Shown here: positions 55,041-64,000 of the stretch, piece after piece
Layout of the letters: every line of letters begins with the position of its first letter
Numbering within the stretch: the stretch's first letter is position 1
Source of the DNA: Patescibacteria group bacterium
Lineage (GTDB): Bacteria; Patescibacteriota; Patescibacteriia; UBA1558; GWA2-36-10
DNA: 64,000 nucleotides
Direction: 5' to 3'
NCBI GenBank assembly: GCA_041665505.1
Contig: JBAYIR010000001.1
Location: 147,108 to 211,107 of the forward strand
Notes under the pieces: model-generated
What the model was told of the DNA's origin: nothing
What the model saw: the letters and a program-made list of their open reading frames with translations, nothing else
The model's database searches: none
Position numbers and translations under genes: made by a program

Positions 55041-55537
55041 GGTATTTATACCTGATATTAATTTTCCTTATAGCTAGTTTTTTATTCTTGCTTCTCAATT
55101 TATATAATAATGGTTGGCAATTACTGCAACCATTTTTAGTCGCCATGTTGTTGGTTTATTTTAATTATAAAAAAGAGTGGGTGCACTATGTGTTTGCTAC
55201 CTTAGCTGGTTTTTTCGTAGATTCATTTACTGGGGTTTTTGGCTTACACGCCATGATATTTGTAATAATTATTTTTATATTAAGTGGTCTACAAACAACT
55301 ATTTTAACTTCTAAAAATATTTTGGCCATAATGTTACTTACTTTATTTTCTTTTATTCTGTTTTGGTTGTTATTTTGGGCTAGTGATTTAATTTTTAATT
55401 TAGACCTTTATACTTTTGATAATACTTTAATAATCCCTACGGCCAAGATGGCAGGCATTGATATATTATTATTTATATTTTGGCATCTTATTTATTATAA
55501 TTTTTGGTTGAAGAAGCATGAAAAACAATCCTTTTAA
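55037..55537 (+). CDS. mreD: Rod shape-determining protein MreD
   Basis: A small polytopic membrane protein placed between mreC and the PBP2 gene. Confidence 0.45.
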   Translation: MRYLYLILIFLIASFLFLLLNLYNNGWQLLQPFLVAMLLVYFNYKKEWVHYVFATLAGFFVDSFTGVFGLHAMIFVIIIFILSGLQTTILTSKNILAIMLLTLFSFILFWLLFWASDLIFNLDLYTFDNTLIIPTAKMAGIDILLFIFWHLIYYNFWLKKHEKQSF

Positions 55538-57422
55538 AATCCAAGAAGGTCAAATACGCGACTCCAATATTGGTGATTTTATTAAACAAAAAAAGAGTGG
55601 TGATTATTTAGATTTTGGTTTGGTAGCCAAAACTCAGCAATTAGGTAGATTTTTTGAGGATAGGAAAATAAGGGGTTTATTTTTTCTTTTTGCCTTTTTT
55701 TTGATGGTATTATTTAGTCGATCTTTTTATTTACAGGCTGTTAAAGGTAGTTATTTTAGAAACGTAGCCGAAGGTAATCGTATTAGATCAGATGTTATTA
55801 AAGCTAATCGAGGTTTGATGTATGATCGTTTTGGTGGGTTACTAGTAAAAAATATTTCTTATTTTTTTCTTTACGTTGACACTACTATATTGCCAACAGA
55901 TGAATTATTAAAACAAGATTTGTTTAACAAATTGGCTAATATTTTAGAAATTCCCAAAGTGGAGTTAGAAGGAAGAATTTTTAATGAGCAGACTAGTTTG
56001 GGTAAGGTATTGGTGTATGAAAATTTGCCTTATGAGTTGGCTATGAAATTAATAATTTTTTCAGAAAATCAGCCTAGTATTAATGTGGCCTACGAGCCTC
56101 GCAGACAATATTTCACCAATTTGGGTATGGGGCATTCATTGGGTTATTTAGGGGTTATAACTGAAGAAGATATAAAAAATAGAAAATATAATTATCATGA
56201 TAGGATTGGTAAGACCGGCTTGGAATTTATATATGAAGATATTCTTAAAGGTCAAGATGGTGTCAGACAAGTTGAAGTAGATGCTTTATTTAGAGAGAAA
56301 AATATTTTATCTATGGTTGAGCCGGTAGATGGTTCAGATCTGGTTTTGACTATAGACGCCAAAGCCCAAGAAAAATTGTTTAGTATTATGCAGAAAAATG
56401 CCGAGCAACATGATAAAAAAAAGATGTCGGCGGTAGTACTTGATGCCAAAGATGGTGGAGTATTAGCTATGGTTAGCTTGCCAAACTATGATAATAATAT
56501 GTTTACTACAGTTTTAAATAAAGATGAATATAAAAATATTATCGAGGATGAGGATTTACCATTACTTAATAGAGTTATATCGGGGACTTACCCTATGGGT
56601 TCGGTATTTAAACTAGTAATGGCTTCGGCTGCTTTAGAAGAAAAAATTATTGATACTAATTTTACAGTCAATAGTACTGGAGGGGTACAAGTCGGGGCTA
56701 ATTTTTTCCCAGATTGGCGTCCAGGTGGACACGGTCTGACCAATATATATTGGGCCCTAGCTGATTCGGTTAACACATTTTTTTATTCTATTGGTGGTGG
56801 TAATAATCAATGGTTAAATTTGGGCCTAGGAGCTGATAAAATTGTAGAATATGCTAAAAAATTTGGTCTAGGAGAGCCAACAGATATTGATTTACCTGCC
56901 GAAGCCAAGGGTTTCCTTCCTTCTAAGGAGTGGAAAGAAAGTACTTTTGGTGAAAGATGGTATTTGGGGGATACTTATAACTTATCTATTGGACAGGGAT
57001 TTTTGTTAGCTACACCACTGCAAGCGGCCACACTGATGTCTTATTTCGCTAATAATGGTCAAGTTTATACTCCTCATTTTATTAAAGAAACAAAAAATGG
57101 GGATAGGGTAGATATTTACCAGCCAAGACCACTTTTGACTAATGTCGTATCATCTGATAATTTAAATATTGTCAGGAGGGGACTGCGTATGACAATCACC
57201 GATGGTACAGCTAAGAGTCTACAGTCAGTAGCAGTCGATGTAGCCGGAAAAACTGGTACGGCTCAGTTTAATAAAAATAAAACGCCACATTCGTGGATGG
57301 CCGCCTTTGCTCCTTATGAAGATGCTAAGATTGTAACAGCCGTGATAGTAGAAGAGGGTGGGGATATTGGTTTGGCGGTCACTATTACTAGAGAGTTTAT
57401 GGAGTGGTATTTTTCTCAATAA
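55518..57422 (+). CDS. mrdA: Penicillin-binding protein 2 (elongasome transpeptidase)
   Basis: An N-terminal TM helix, a dimerisation domain and transpeptidase motifs are present: SVFK (SxxK), SVN (SxN) and KTGTA. Confidence 0.85.
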   Translation: MKNNPFKIQEGQIRDSNIGDFIKQKKSGDYLDFGLVAKTQQLGRFFEDRKIRGLFFLFAFFLMVLFSRSFYLQAVKGSYFRNVAEGNRIRSDVIKANRGLMYDRFGGLLVKNISYFFLYVDTTILPTDELLKQDLFNKLANILEIPKVELEGRIFNEQTSLGKVLVYENLPYELAMKLIIFSENQPSINVAYEPRRQYFTNLGMGHSLGYLGVITEEDIKNRKYNYHDRIGKTGLEFIYEDILKGQDGVRQVEVDALFREKNILSMVEPVDGSDLVLTIDAKAQEKLFSIMQKNAEQHDKKKMSAVVLDAKDGGVLAMVSLPNYDNNMFTTVLNKDEYKNIIEDEDLPLLNRVISGTYPMGSVFKLVMASAALEEKIIDTNFTVNSTGGVQVGANFFPDWRPGGHGLTNIYWALADSVNTFFYSIGGGNNQWLNLGLGADKIVEYAKKFGLGEPTDIDLPAEAKGFLPSKEWKESTFGERWYLGDTYNLSIGQGFLLATPLQAATLMSYFANNGQVYTPHFIKETKNGDRVDIYQPRPLLTNVVSSDNLNIVRRGLRMTITDGTAKSLQSVAVDVAGKTGTAQFNKNKTPHSWMAAFAPYEDAKIVTAVIVEEGGDIGLAVTITREFMEWYFSQ

Positions 57423-57464
57423 TCTGGTAAGATTTAATTTGCTAATAATTTTGAATAAAAACAA

Positions 57465-57929
57465 TTGGTTATGGATAATAAAGTTTTAACTAATGAGGGT
57501 CTAAGTAAACTCAAAGATGAATTAGAGCATCTGAAGAATGAAAAAAGACCTCAAGTATCTGAGCGAATAAAATCAGCCAAGGAATTGGGTGATTTATCAG
57601 AAAATGCTGAATATCAAGAAGCTAAAGAAGAACAATCTTTTGTCGAAGGTCGTATTTTAGAATTGGAATATTTAATTAAGACATCTTCTATAGTTGAGAA
57701 AGGTAAAAATAATGGTAAAGTACAGGTTGGTTGCCAAGTAAAAATTGATAAGGATGGTCAGATTATGTCTTTTACTATTGTTGGTAGCACCGAGGCTGAC
57801 CCAGCTCAAGGTAAAATTTCATTGGAGTCACCATTTGGTGACGCTTTAATGGGTAAATCAGTCAATGATGAAGTAGAAATAAATTTACCTAGTGGCAAAA
57901 TAAAATGTAGGATTTTAGAAATTCAATAA
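57465..57929 (+). CDS. greA: Transcription elongation factor GreA
   Basis: An N-terminal coiled coil carries the acidic tip (DLSENAEYQEAKEEQ). A C-terminal FKBP-like domain follows. Confidence 0.85.
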   Translation: MVMDNKVLTNEGLSKLKDELEHLKNEKRPQVSERIKSAKELGDLSENAEYQEAKEEQSFVEGRILELEYLIKTSSIVEKGKNNGKVQVGCQVKIDKDGQIMSFTIVGSTEADPAQGKISLESPFGDALMGKSVNDEVEINLPSGKIKCRILEIQ

Positions 57930-57935
57930 GTAAAA

Positions 57936-58949
57936 ATGTTTATAAAGAAAATCGGGATAGATTTGGGGACTACTTATACTTTGGTCTATATTCCAAAGAG
58001 AGGTATTGTCATTCATGAGCCATCAGTAGTGGCTATTTCTGTTTTGGATAAAAAAGTTTTAGCGGTCGGTGATGAAGCCAAAGAAATGATTGGTCGTACT
58101 CCTGATTCTATTATTGCTGTCAGACCACTCAAAGATGGTGTCATTGCTGATTATCGCACTACTGAAAGCATGCTCAAATATTTTATAAACAAAGCCGTTG
58201 GTGGTATGAAAATATTCCGTCCAGAGGTTATGATTGCTGTGCCAGCTGGTATTACTTCTACTGAAAGAAGAGCGGTAATAGATGCTACTTTAAATGCTGG
58301 AGCCAAAGCGGCTTATATCATCAAAGAGCCTATTGCAGCGGCTATTGGAGCTGATATACCTATTGGCTCTCCTTCTGGGCATATGATTGTTGATATGGGT
58401 GGTGGTACTAGTGAAATTGCTGTTATTTCATTAGGAGGGATAGTAGCTAATACTTCTGTGAGAATTGGTGGAAATAAATATGATACGGCCATTGCTGAAT
58501 ATATAAAGAAAAAATATAATATGGCTATTGGAGAGCGCACGGCTGAAGAAGTAAAAATTAAAATTGGTAGTGCGCAATTTTTACCCAAAGAAGAAAGATT
58601 GAGTATGGATATTAAGGGAAGGGATATGATTTCAGGTTTGCCACGCACTATTAAAGTGACCTCAGATGATGTCACAGAAGCTCTACAAAACGAATTACAA
58701 GGTCTAATTGCCGCTGTAAAGTCTGTCCTTTATCAAACACCGCCTGAACTTTCAGCTGATATTATGGATAAGGGAATGGTTTTATCAGGTGGTACATCAC
58801 TCTTAAGAAATATGGATAGATTATTAAGTCAGGCTACGGGGGTACCAGCTTATGTAGCTGATGATGCCTTACTTTGTGTAGCTCGTGGCACAGGGATTGC
58901 TTTGGAAAATTTGGAATCATATAAGCGCAGTATATTATCGGCTAAATAA
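57936..58949 (+). CDS. MreB/Mbl paralogue
   Basis: GIDLGTTYTLVYIPKRGIVIHEPSVVAI... The protein is about 50% identical by eye to the MreB at 53235. Confidence 0.85.
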   Translation: MFIKKIGIDLGTTYTLVYIPKRGIVIHEPSVVAISVLDKKVLAVGDEAKEMIGRTPDSIIAVRPLKDGVIADYRTTESMLKYFINKAVGGMKIFRPEVMIAVPAGITSTERRAVIDATLNAGAKAAYIIKEPIAAAIGADIPIGSPSGHMIVDMGGGTSEIAVISLGGIVANTSVRIGGNKYDTAIAEYIKKKYNMAIGERTAEEVKIKIGSAQFLPKEERLSMDIKGRDMISGLPRTIKVTSDDVTEALQNELQGLIAAVKSVLYQTPPELSADIMDKGMVLSGGTSLLRNMDRLLSQATGVPAYVADDALLCVARGTGIALENLESYKRSILSAK

Positions 58950-58956
58950 TAAGGCG

Positions 58957-60054
58957 ATGAAAACAGTCGGATTAGAGGTTACTCGGGCTAATAAAAATTA
59001 TAAAACTGGTACAGAGTGGTATGCTTGGCATCTACTCCAAGAATTTAAAAAATTAGACAAAACTAATAATTTTGTAATTTATTATAATAAAAATTTAGCC
59101 GGTGATCTTAAAGATGTGCCGGATAATTTTTATTTGAAATCTTTACCTTGGCCTTTTAAGAAATTTTGGACGCATCTTAGATTGGCTTGGGAATTGACTA
59201 TTAGACCAGTAGATAAATTTTTTGCCACTAATGCTTTACCTATTTTTGGTCGAGGAGAGACAATAGTTACAATTCATGATTTGGGCTTTTATAAAAATCC
59301 AGGGCTTTATCATCCTTTAGAAAGGATTTATCAAAAATTGTCTCATCAATTAGCTATCTGGCGAGCTGATAAGATTATTACTATTTCTGAGACTACTAAA
59401 CAGGATATTATTAGATATTTCCCTAGAGCCAAGAATAAAATAAAAGTAATTTATTTGGGTTATGATCATTCTTCTTTTCAGCCGATAAAATCTGAAGATA
59501 AAAAAATATTTATTGACCAACATGAATATCCAGATAAATTTTTATTATATATTGGTCGTTTGGAGAATAAAAAAAATGTTTTAAACTTAATCAAGGCTTA
59601 TCAAAAAACTAGCCGTCAGTGGCCACTAATTTTGGCTGGTCGCCCAGGCAATTATGGCTACAAGGAAATAGAGGACTTAGCTAAAAGTCCAGACTTGATA
59701 AGTGATCTAATATTGCTAGGTTATGTTAGTCAGAACAATTATCCAAAATTAATGGCTTCAGCCACTGCCTTTGTATTTCCTTCTAAGTTTGAGGGATTCG
59801 GCTTGCCAGTTTTGGAAGCTATGGCTTCTGGCGTGCCAGTAGTTTGTTCTAATATTCCCGCTTTAAAGGAAGTAGCTCAAGATGCAGCTTTATATTTTGA
59901 TCCAGATAATATTGAAGATATAGCTGAAAAAATAGAAAAGATTTTTATTGATCAAGAAGAGAGGAGTAGATTAATTGATAAAGGTTTGATAAGAGCTAAA
60001 GATTTTTCTTGGACCAAGGCAGCAAAAGAGACTTTGAAATATATTTTAGAATAA
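58957..60054 (+). CDS. Glycosyltransferase family 1 (GT4)
   Basis: EGFGLPVLEAMASGVPVV is the EX7E region. The start is moved to the ATG at 58957. Confidence 0.75.
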   Translation: MKTVGLEVTRANKNYKTGTEWYAWHLLQEFKKLDKTNNFVIYYNKNLAGDLKDVPDNFYLKSLPWPFKKFWTHLRLAWELTIRPVDKFFATNALPIFGRGETIVTIHDLGFYKNPGLYHPLERIYQKLSHQLAIWRADKIITISETTKQDIIRYFPRAKNKIKVIYLGYDHSSFQPIKSEDKKIFIDQHEYPDKFLLYIGRLENKKNVLNLIKAYQKTSRQWPLILAGRPGNYGYKEIEDLAKSPDLISDLILLGYVSQNNYPKLMASATAFVFPSKFEGFGLPVLEAMASGVPVVCSNIPALKEVAQDAALYFDPDNIEDIAEKIEKIFIDQEERSRLIDKGLIRAKDFSWTKAAKETLKYILE

Positions 60055-60062
60055 TACAAAAA

Positions 60063-60452
60063 GGCCTAAATAGACCTCATAAGCCGAATTCTGTATTTCA
60101 GCAAATACTGAAATGATGATCATCTATCTAGGATTACAATCACTTGTAACCTCAAGCAGCCTACCCGTCCCCGAAGGGACCTATTTGGCCTTTCACCAGA
60201 TAGAAGTTTACCTCTTTCTACATGTCACCATGTAAACGTGTCGACTGATTATTCGACATTTTCACCCTTACCCATTCGACTCAGCCTTGCGGCTTTGCTC
60301 AGGGAGGAATATTCTCTGTTGCACTTGTCCTAACCTCAAACTCGCATTGAGGCTGGTTGGCGTTACCAACTATCTTTTTTATGGTGTTCGGACTTTCCTC
60401 TACCTATAGCTTTACGCTAAAGGTAGCAATCATCTCAGTCTATTTAGACCTT
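60063..60452 (-). ncRNA. rnpB: RNase P RNA (bacterial type A)
   Basis: The minus strand contains GGTAGAGGAAAGTCCGAACACCA (the P4 5' strand), AGTGCAACAGAGAAT, GGGTAAGGGTGAAAATG, GGGTAGGCTGCTTGAGG and ACAGAATTCGGCTTATGAGG (the P4 3' strand). The P1 stem is GGTCTAAATAGAC/GTCTATTTAGGCC. A TTGACA promoter lies upstream and a T-run at the 3' end. Confidence 0.9.
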
Positions 60453-60546
60453 GTGTCTATTGTGTAACAGATTTTATCAATTTTGTCAAGGAAAATAAGT
60501 AATAGATGTTTACTAAATATAAGGCAAATGATATTATATTTATACT

Positions 60547-61935
60547 ATGAAAAAAGCTAATTTTATTGTAAATATTGCTTTGGTGCCAATTGATTTTGCA
60601 ACAGTATTTTTGGCTGTTTTGTCAGCCTATTTTTTGAGATTTTCAGAGTCTATAGCTGAAATAAGGCCAGTTTTTTTTGAAATGCCTTTAAATGAATTTA
60701 TAAGTTTGACATTTAAAGTAGCCTTTTTAGCCATAGTAGTTTTTGCTTTTAGTGGCTTCTATGCCATGCGAGATAAAAAATTAGCTAGAGAATTACCAAA
60801 AATTATTAATGGTGTTTCTACTTTAGGTATTATAATAGTTTTGGCTATTTTTTGGCAAAGAGAATTATTTTCATCTCGTTTTATTATAATTTCTGCTTGG
60901 CTAATTGCTATTATTTATTTATTTATAATTAGAATAATAGTTTTTAGTATCAGAAATTATTTTTTAAAAAAAGGCTATGGTCTTTCTAAAGTGATAGTTT
61001 TGGGTAATCAGGCTAGTCGGAAAATAATAATTGATACTTATAAAAAAAATCCGCAAATTGGATTAAAAACAGTCGCCGAGTTTGATACTTTAGATGATTT
61101 AGAAAATTCTAGTGAAATAATAAGTCAGATAAATAACAAAAAAGTTGATAATATCATACAAACTGATTCTGCTATTGATAAAGATCAAGCTCTAAATTTA
61201 TTGACCTATTGTCAAGAAAATCATCTGGACTTAAAATATGTGGCTAGTCTTTTCCAGACGCAGAGTTTGCATTTGAATATAAATTCTGTGGCTGGCATTC
61301 CAATTGTAGAAATACAAGGCACCCCGCTAGATGGTTGGCGTAGAGTGTATAAAAAAATATTTGATTTATTAATAACTATTTTATTAATAACTATTTTATC
61401 ACCAGTATTTATTATTACTGCTATAGCCATTAAATTAAATTCTCCTGGTCCAATTTTTGTAAAATTAGCTAGAGTTGGTGCTAAAGGTAGAATTTTCAAA
61501 ATGTATAAATTTCGTTCTATGGTCAAAGATGCTCACATCATGAAACCAGAAATTATGCAGTATAATGAAAGAGTAGATGGGCCACTTTTTAAAATGAAAA
61601 ACGATCCTCGGGTCACTAAAATTGGTAAATTTATTCGTCGCACAAGCTTGGATGAGCTACCACAACTCTTTAATGTTTTAGGCGGTACTATGAGCTTGGT
61701 TGGCCCCAGACCACATGAACCAGAAGAAGTAGATAAATATCAAAGAGGCTATAAAAAGTTATTGTCCATTAAACCAGGTATTACTGGTATGGCTCAAGTC
61801 TCAGGTCGGGCCAATCTGGTTTTTGCTGAAGAGGCGAAATTGGATATTTTCTATATTGAAAATTGGTCAATGTTGCTTGATTTGATTATTCTATTAAAAA
61901 CACCAATAGCTATTATCAAGGGCGATCAAGGATAA
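60547..61935 (+). CDS. Undecaprenyl-phosphate sugar phosphotransferase (WbaP/CpsE-like bacterial sugar transferase)
   Basis: N-terminal TM helices are present. The C-terminal bacterial sugar-transferase domain carries [21 protein letters not shown] and [12 protein letters not shown]. Confidence 0.85.
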   Translation: MKKANFIVNIALVPIDFATVFLAVLSAYFLRFSESIAEIRPVFFEMPLNEFISLTFKVAFLAIVVFAFSGFYAMRDKKLARELPKIINGVSTLGIIIVLAIFWQRELFSSRFIIISAWLIAIIYLFIIRIIVFSIRNYFLKKGYGLSKVIVLGNQASRKIIIDTYKKNPQIGLKTVAEFDTLDDLENSSEIISQINNKKVDNIIQTDSAIDKDQALNLLTYCQENHLDLKYVASLFQTQSLHLNINSVAGIPIVEIQGTPLDGWRRVYKKIFDLLITILLITILSPVFIITAIAIKLNSPGPIFVKLARVGAKGRIFKMYKFRSMVKDAHIMKPEIMQYNERVDGPLFKMKNDPRVTKIGKFIRRTSLDELPQLFNVLGGTMSLVGPRPHEPEEVDKYQRGYKKLLSIKPGITGMAQVSGRANLVFAEEAKLDIFYIENWSMLLDLIILLKTPIAIIKGDQG

Positions 61936-61990
61936 TATTGACCACATGGTAGTGGGTGAGGGTGAAAAATAATTATTAATTTTTAATGGG

Positions 61991-63073
61991 GTGAAAAAAA
62001 TTGCTTTTGCTCATGACCATTTATTTCAGATTGGTGGCGCGGAAAAAGTTTTAGTAGCTTTAGCTAGCTTAGATCCGCAAGCACCTATTTTTACTTTGAT
62101 TAATGATTCTAAGATTAGCAGGAAAATATTAAAGCAGGAAAATATTGTTAGTTCTTATTTACAAAAAATTCCTGGTATTAGTAAGTTTTTTAAGTATTTT
62201 TTAGTATTAATGCCCAGAATTTGGGAGCGTACTGATCTCAGCGATTATAACTTAGTAATATCTTCATCTTCGGCTTTTGTTAAAGGAGTCAAAACTGGCC
62301 ATAATAACAAACATATTTGTTATTGTCATGCACCGACTAGATATTTATGGGACGATAAAGAAGAATATTTTGGCAATTTACCAGAAGGAAAGTTATTAAA
62401 AAGATTTTTGCCTAAAGTATTAAATCGTTTACAAACTTGGGATTTTTCTAAAGCGCAAGAGGTAAATTATTTTATAGCCAATTCCAATTTTATAGCTAAA
62501 AAAATAAAAAAGCATTACAAAAAAGAGGCTATAGTTATTCATCCACCAATTAGAGTAGCTGATTTTCACCTGTCCAGTGACTTGGGGGATTATTATTTAA
62601 TAGTTTCTCGTCTCAGGCCTTACAAAAGAGTAGACTTAGCTGTGGCCGCTTTTAACAATTTGAAATTGCCACTTAAGATTATTGGTAATGGTTCGGAGTT
62701 TAAAAAATTAAAGAAGATGGCCAATTCCAATATAGAATTTTTAGGTGAGTTGTCAGATCAGCAAAGGAATTATTATTTATCACGTTGTCAGGCTTTTATT
62801 TATCCTCAGATTGAGGATTTTGGTATATCAGCTTTAGAAGCTATGGCCTCTGGCCGTCCAGTTATAGCCTATGGTCAAGGTGGCGCTTTGGAGACAGTGA
62901 TAGCCAATAAAACCGGAGTATTTTTTGAAGAGCAGACTTGGGAATCACTGGCCCATAAGATATTAAGATTTGATGCTAAGAAATTTAATCCTATAATTAT
63001 TAGAGAACATGCAAAAAATTTTGATGAAGCCAAATTTAAACGCAAAATTCTTGATTTTATAGAGACCTTATGA
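61991..63073 (+). CDS. Glycosyltransferase family 1 (GT4)
   Basis: EDFGISALEAMASGRPVIAYGQGG. Confidence 0.75.
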   Translation: MKKIAFAHDHLFQIGGAEKVLVALASLDPQAPIFTLINDSKISRKILKQENIVSSYLQKIPGISKFFKYFLVLMPRIWERTDLSDYNLVISSSSAFVKGVKTGHNNKHICYCHAPTRYLWDDKEEYFGNLPEGKLLKRFLPKVLNRLQTWDFSKAQEVNYFIANSNFIAKKIKKHYKKEAIVIHPPIRVADFHLSSDLGDYYLIVSRLRPYKRVDLAVAAFNNLKLPLKIIGNGSEFKKLKKMANSNIEFLGELSDQQRNYYLSRCQAFIYPQIEDFGISALEAMASGRPVIAYGQGGALETVIANKTGVFFEEQTWESLAHKILRFDAKKFNPIIIREHAKNFDEAKFKRKILDFIETL

Positions 63074-64000
63074 ATATTGGGATAGACATCAGAGCTTTAG
63101 GGAATAAAAAATTGACTGGCATTGGTAAATATATTTTTTATGCCATCAATAATCTTTTAGAATTGGACAAGGAAAATAAATATTTTTTATTTAGTGCCGG
63201 TTTTAAAAAAGAGCCTTATTTTAATTTAGATTTTAATAAAGCTAATGTCAGTCATTCTCATATTTCAATTCCTAATAAGTTATTAAATTTAAATTTACTG
63301 ACGGGTTTTGGTCAAAATTTTTATCAAAAATTTTTTAAAGACATAGATATTTTTTGGATGCCAAATATAAATTTTTGTAATTTACCAAAAGATTATCCCA
63401 TGATTTTGACGGTACATGATTTGTCATTTCTCCACAGTAGAGAATTTTATTCTCTTAAGAGAAGGCGTTGGCATAAATTGGTTAATGTTGCTAAATTAGT
63501 TAAATCAGCTAATAAAATCATAGCTGTTTCTGAAAATACTAAGAGAGACTTAATTAGATTTTTCCCTTCAGCTGAAGATAAAATACATATTATAAATCCA
63601 GGTGTCCATTCGGTGCCGATGAATAGAGAGCGAGCTAGAGAGCTCTTGTCAAAATTTGATCTGCCGGAGAAATTTTTTATATATCTTGGTACATTAGAAC
63701 CACGTAAAAATATAGCTAGTATTATTAAGGCTTTTGATAAATATCATCATGACTATCCAGATGTGCATTTGGTAATTGTTGGTAAGAAAGGCTGGGTATA
63801 TAATAATTTGCTTGAACAGATAAAACTAAGACCATTTATCCATTATCTAGATTATGTAGAAAGTCCAGCTAAAGATGCTCTTTATTTTATGAGTTTAGGC
63901 CTTATTTGGCCATCATTTTATGAAGGTTTTGGTTTTCCACCAATGGAAGCCATTGCTTATCAAATACCAGTGATAGTTAGTTATAAAACATCTTTACCAG
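63070..64000 (+). CDS. Glycosyltransferase family 1, 3'-partial (runs off window)
   Basis: The ATG at 63070 overlaps the upstream stop (ATGA). The protein begins MNIGIDIRALGNKKLTGIGKYIFY... and carries EGFGFPPMEAIAYQIPVIVS. It is absent from the ORF track because no stop lies inside the window. Confidence 0.6.
   Translation, partial: MNIGIDIRALGNKKLTGIGKYIFYAINNLLELDKENKYFLFSAGFKKEPYFNLDFNKANVSHSHISIPNKLLNLNLLTGFGQNFYQKFFKDIDIFWMPNINFCNLPKDYPMILTVHDLSFLHSREFYSLKRRRWHKLVNVAKLVKSANKIIAVSENTKRDLIRFFPSAEDKIHIINPGVHSVPMNRERARELLSKFDLPEKFFIYLGTLEPRKNIASIIKAFDKYHHDYPDVHLVIVGKKGWVYNNLLEQIKLRPFIHYLDYVESPAKDALYFMSLGLIWPSFYEGFGFPPMEAIAYQIPVIVSYKTSLP

Overview
This is a 64 kb window of a low-GC bacterial chromosome, roughly 30-35% GC by eye. 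Gene content is compact and housekeeping, in a Patescibacteria/CPR-like style, though that placement is inference only. Recognisable genes include mutM, a dus-family synthase, corA, ftsB/ftsE/ftsX, rpmA, lexA, murA, ctpA, rplI, pyrG, zur plus a ZIP transporter, a PduL-like gene plus ackA, recJ, rnhA, holB, frr, rseP, proS, mreB-mreC-mreD-mrdA-greA-mreB2, and glycosyltransferase and sugar-phosphotransferase genes at the right end. Two RNA genes are visible: a type-A RNase P RNA on the minus strand (about 60063-60452) and a tRNA-Gln(UUG) on the minus strand (34592-34665). Two kinds of accessory DNA interrupt this backbone. (1) A roughly 10 kb AT-rich integrative element (about 24.1-34.66 kb) carries a Nudix/HEPN-like pair, several hypothetical genes, an excisionase-like HTH, a type III R-M system (Mod+Res) and a large serine recombinase whose 3' end overlaps the tRNA-Gln. 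(2) Four sharply bounded high-GC cassettes (about 55-60% GC by eye) at 4.25-6.69 kb, 14.03-15.38 kb, 34.7-37.5 kb and 46.72-47.33 kb. Each is driven by a host-style AT-rich TTGACA-containing promoter, has GGAGG-type RBSs and strong intrinsic terminators, and encodes membrane, secreted, lipoprotein or small proteins that I cannot assign to any family. The largest cassette (34.7-37.5 kb, minus strand) combines a lipoprotein, a Sec-signal protein, a small Cys/Trp-rich secreted peptide, an atypical receiver-like protein and two tiny ORFs. It also has three copies of a roughly 67 bp direct repeat with an internal 7 bp dyad, each placed immediately 5' of a transcription unit. This cassette is the best candidate for an undescribed system, but its function cannot be deduced from sequence alone. 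Other points worth a second look: recJ is interrupted by a single in-frame TAG, a 27 bp duplication of the pyrG 3' end flanks a 204-aa ORF, and the 5' end of the window carries a large Cys-repeat/dockerin-like surface protein. No CRISPR array is seen.
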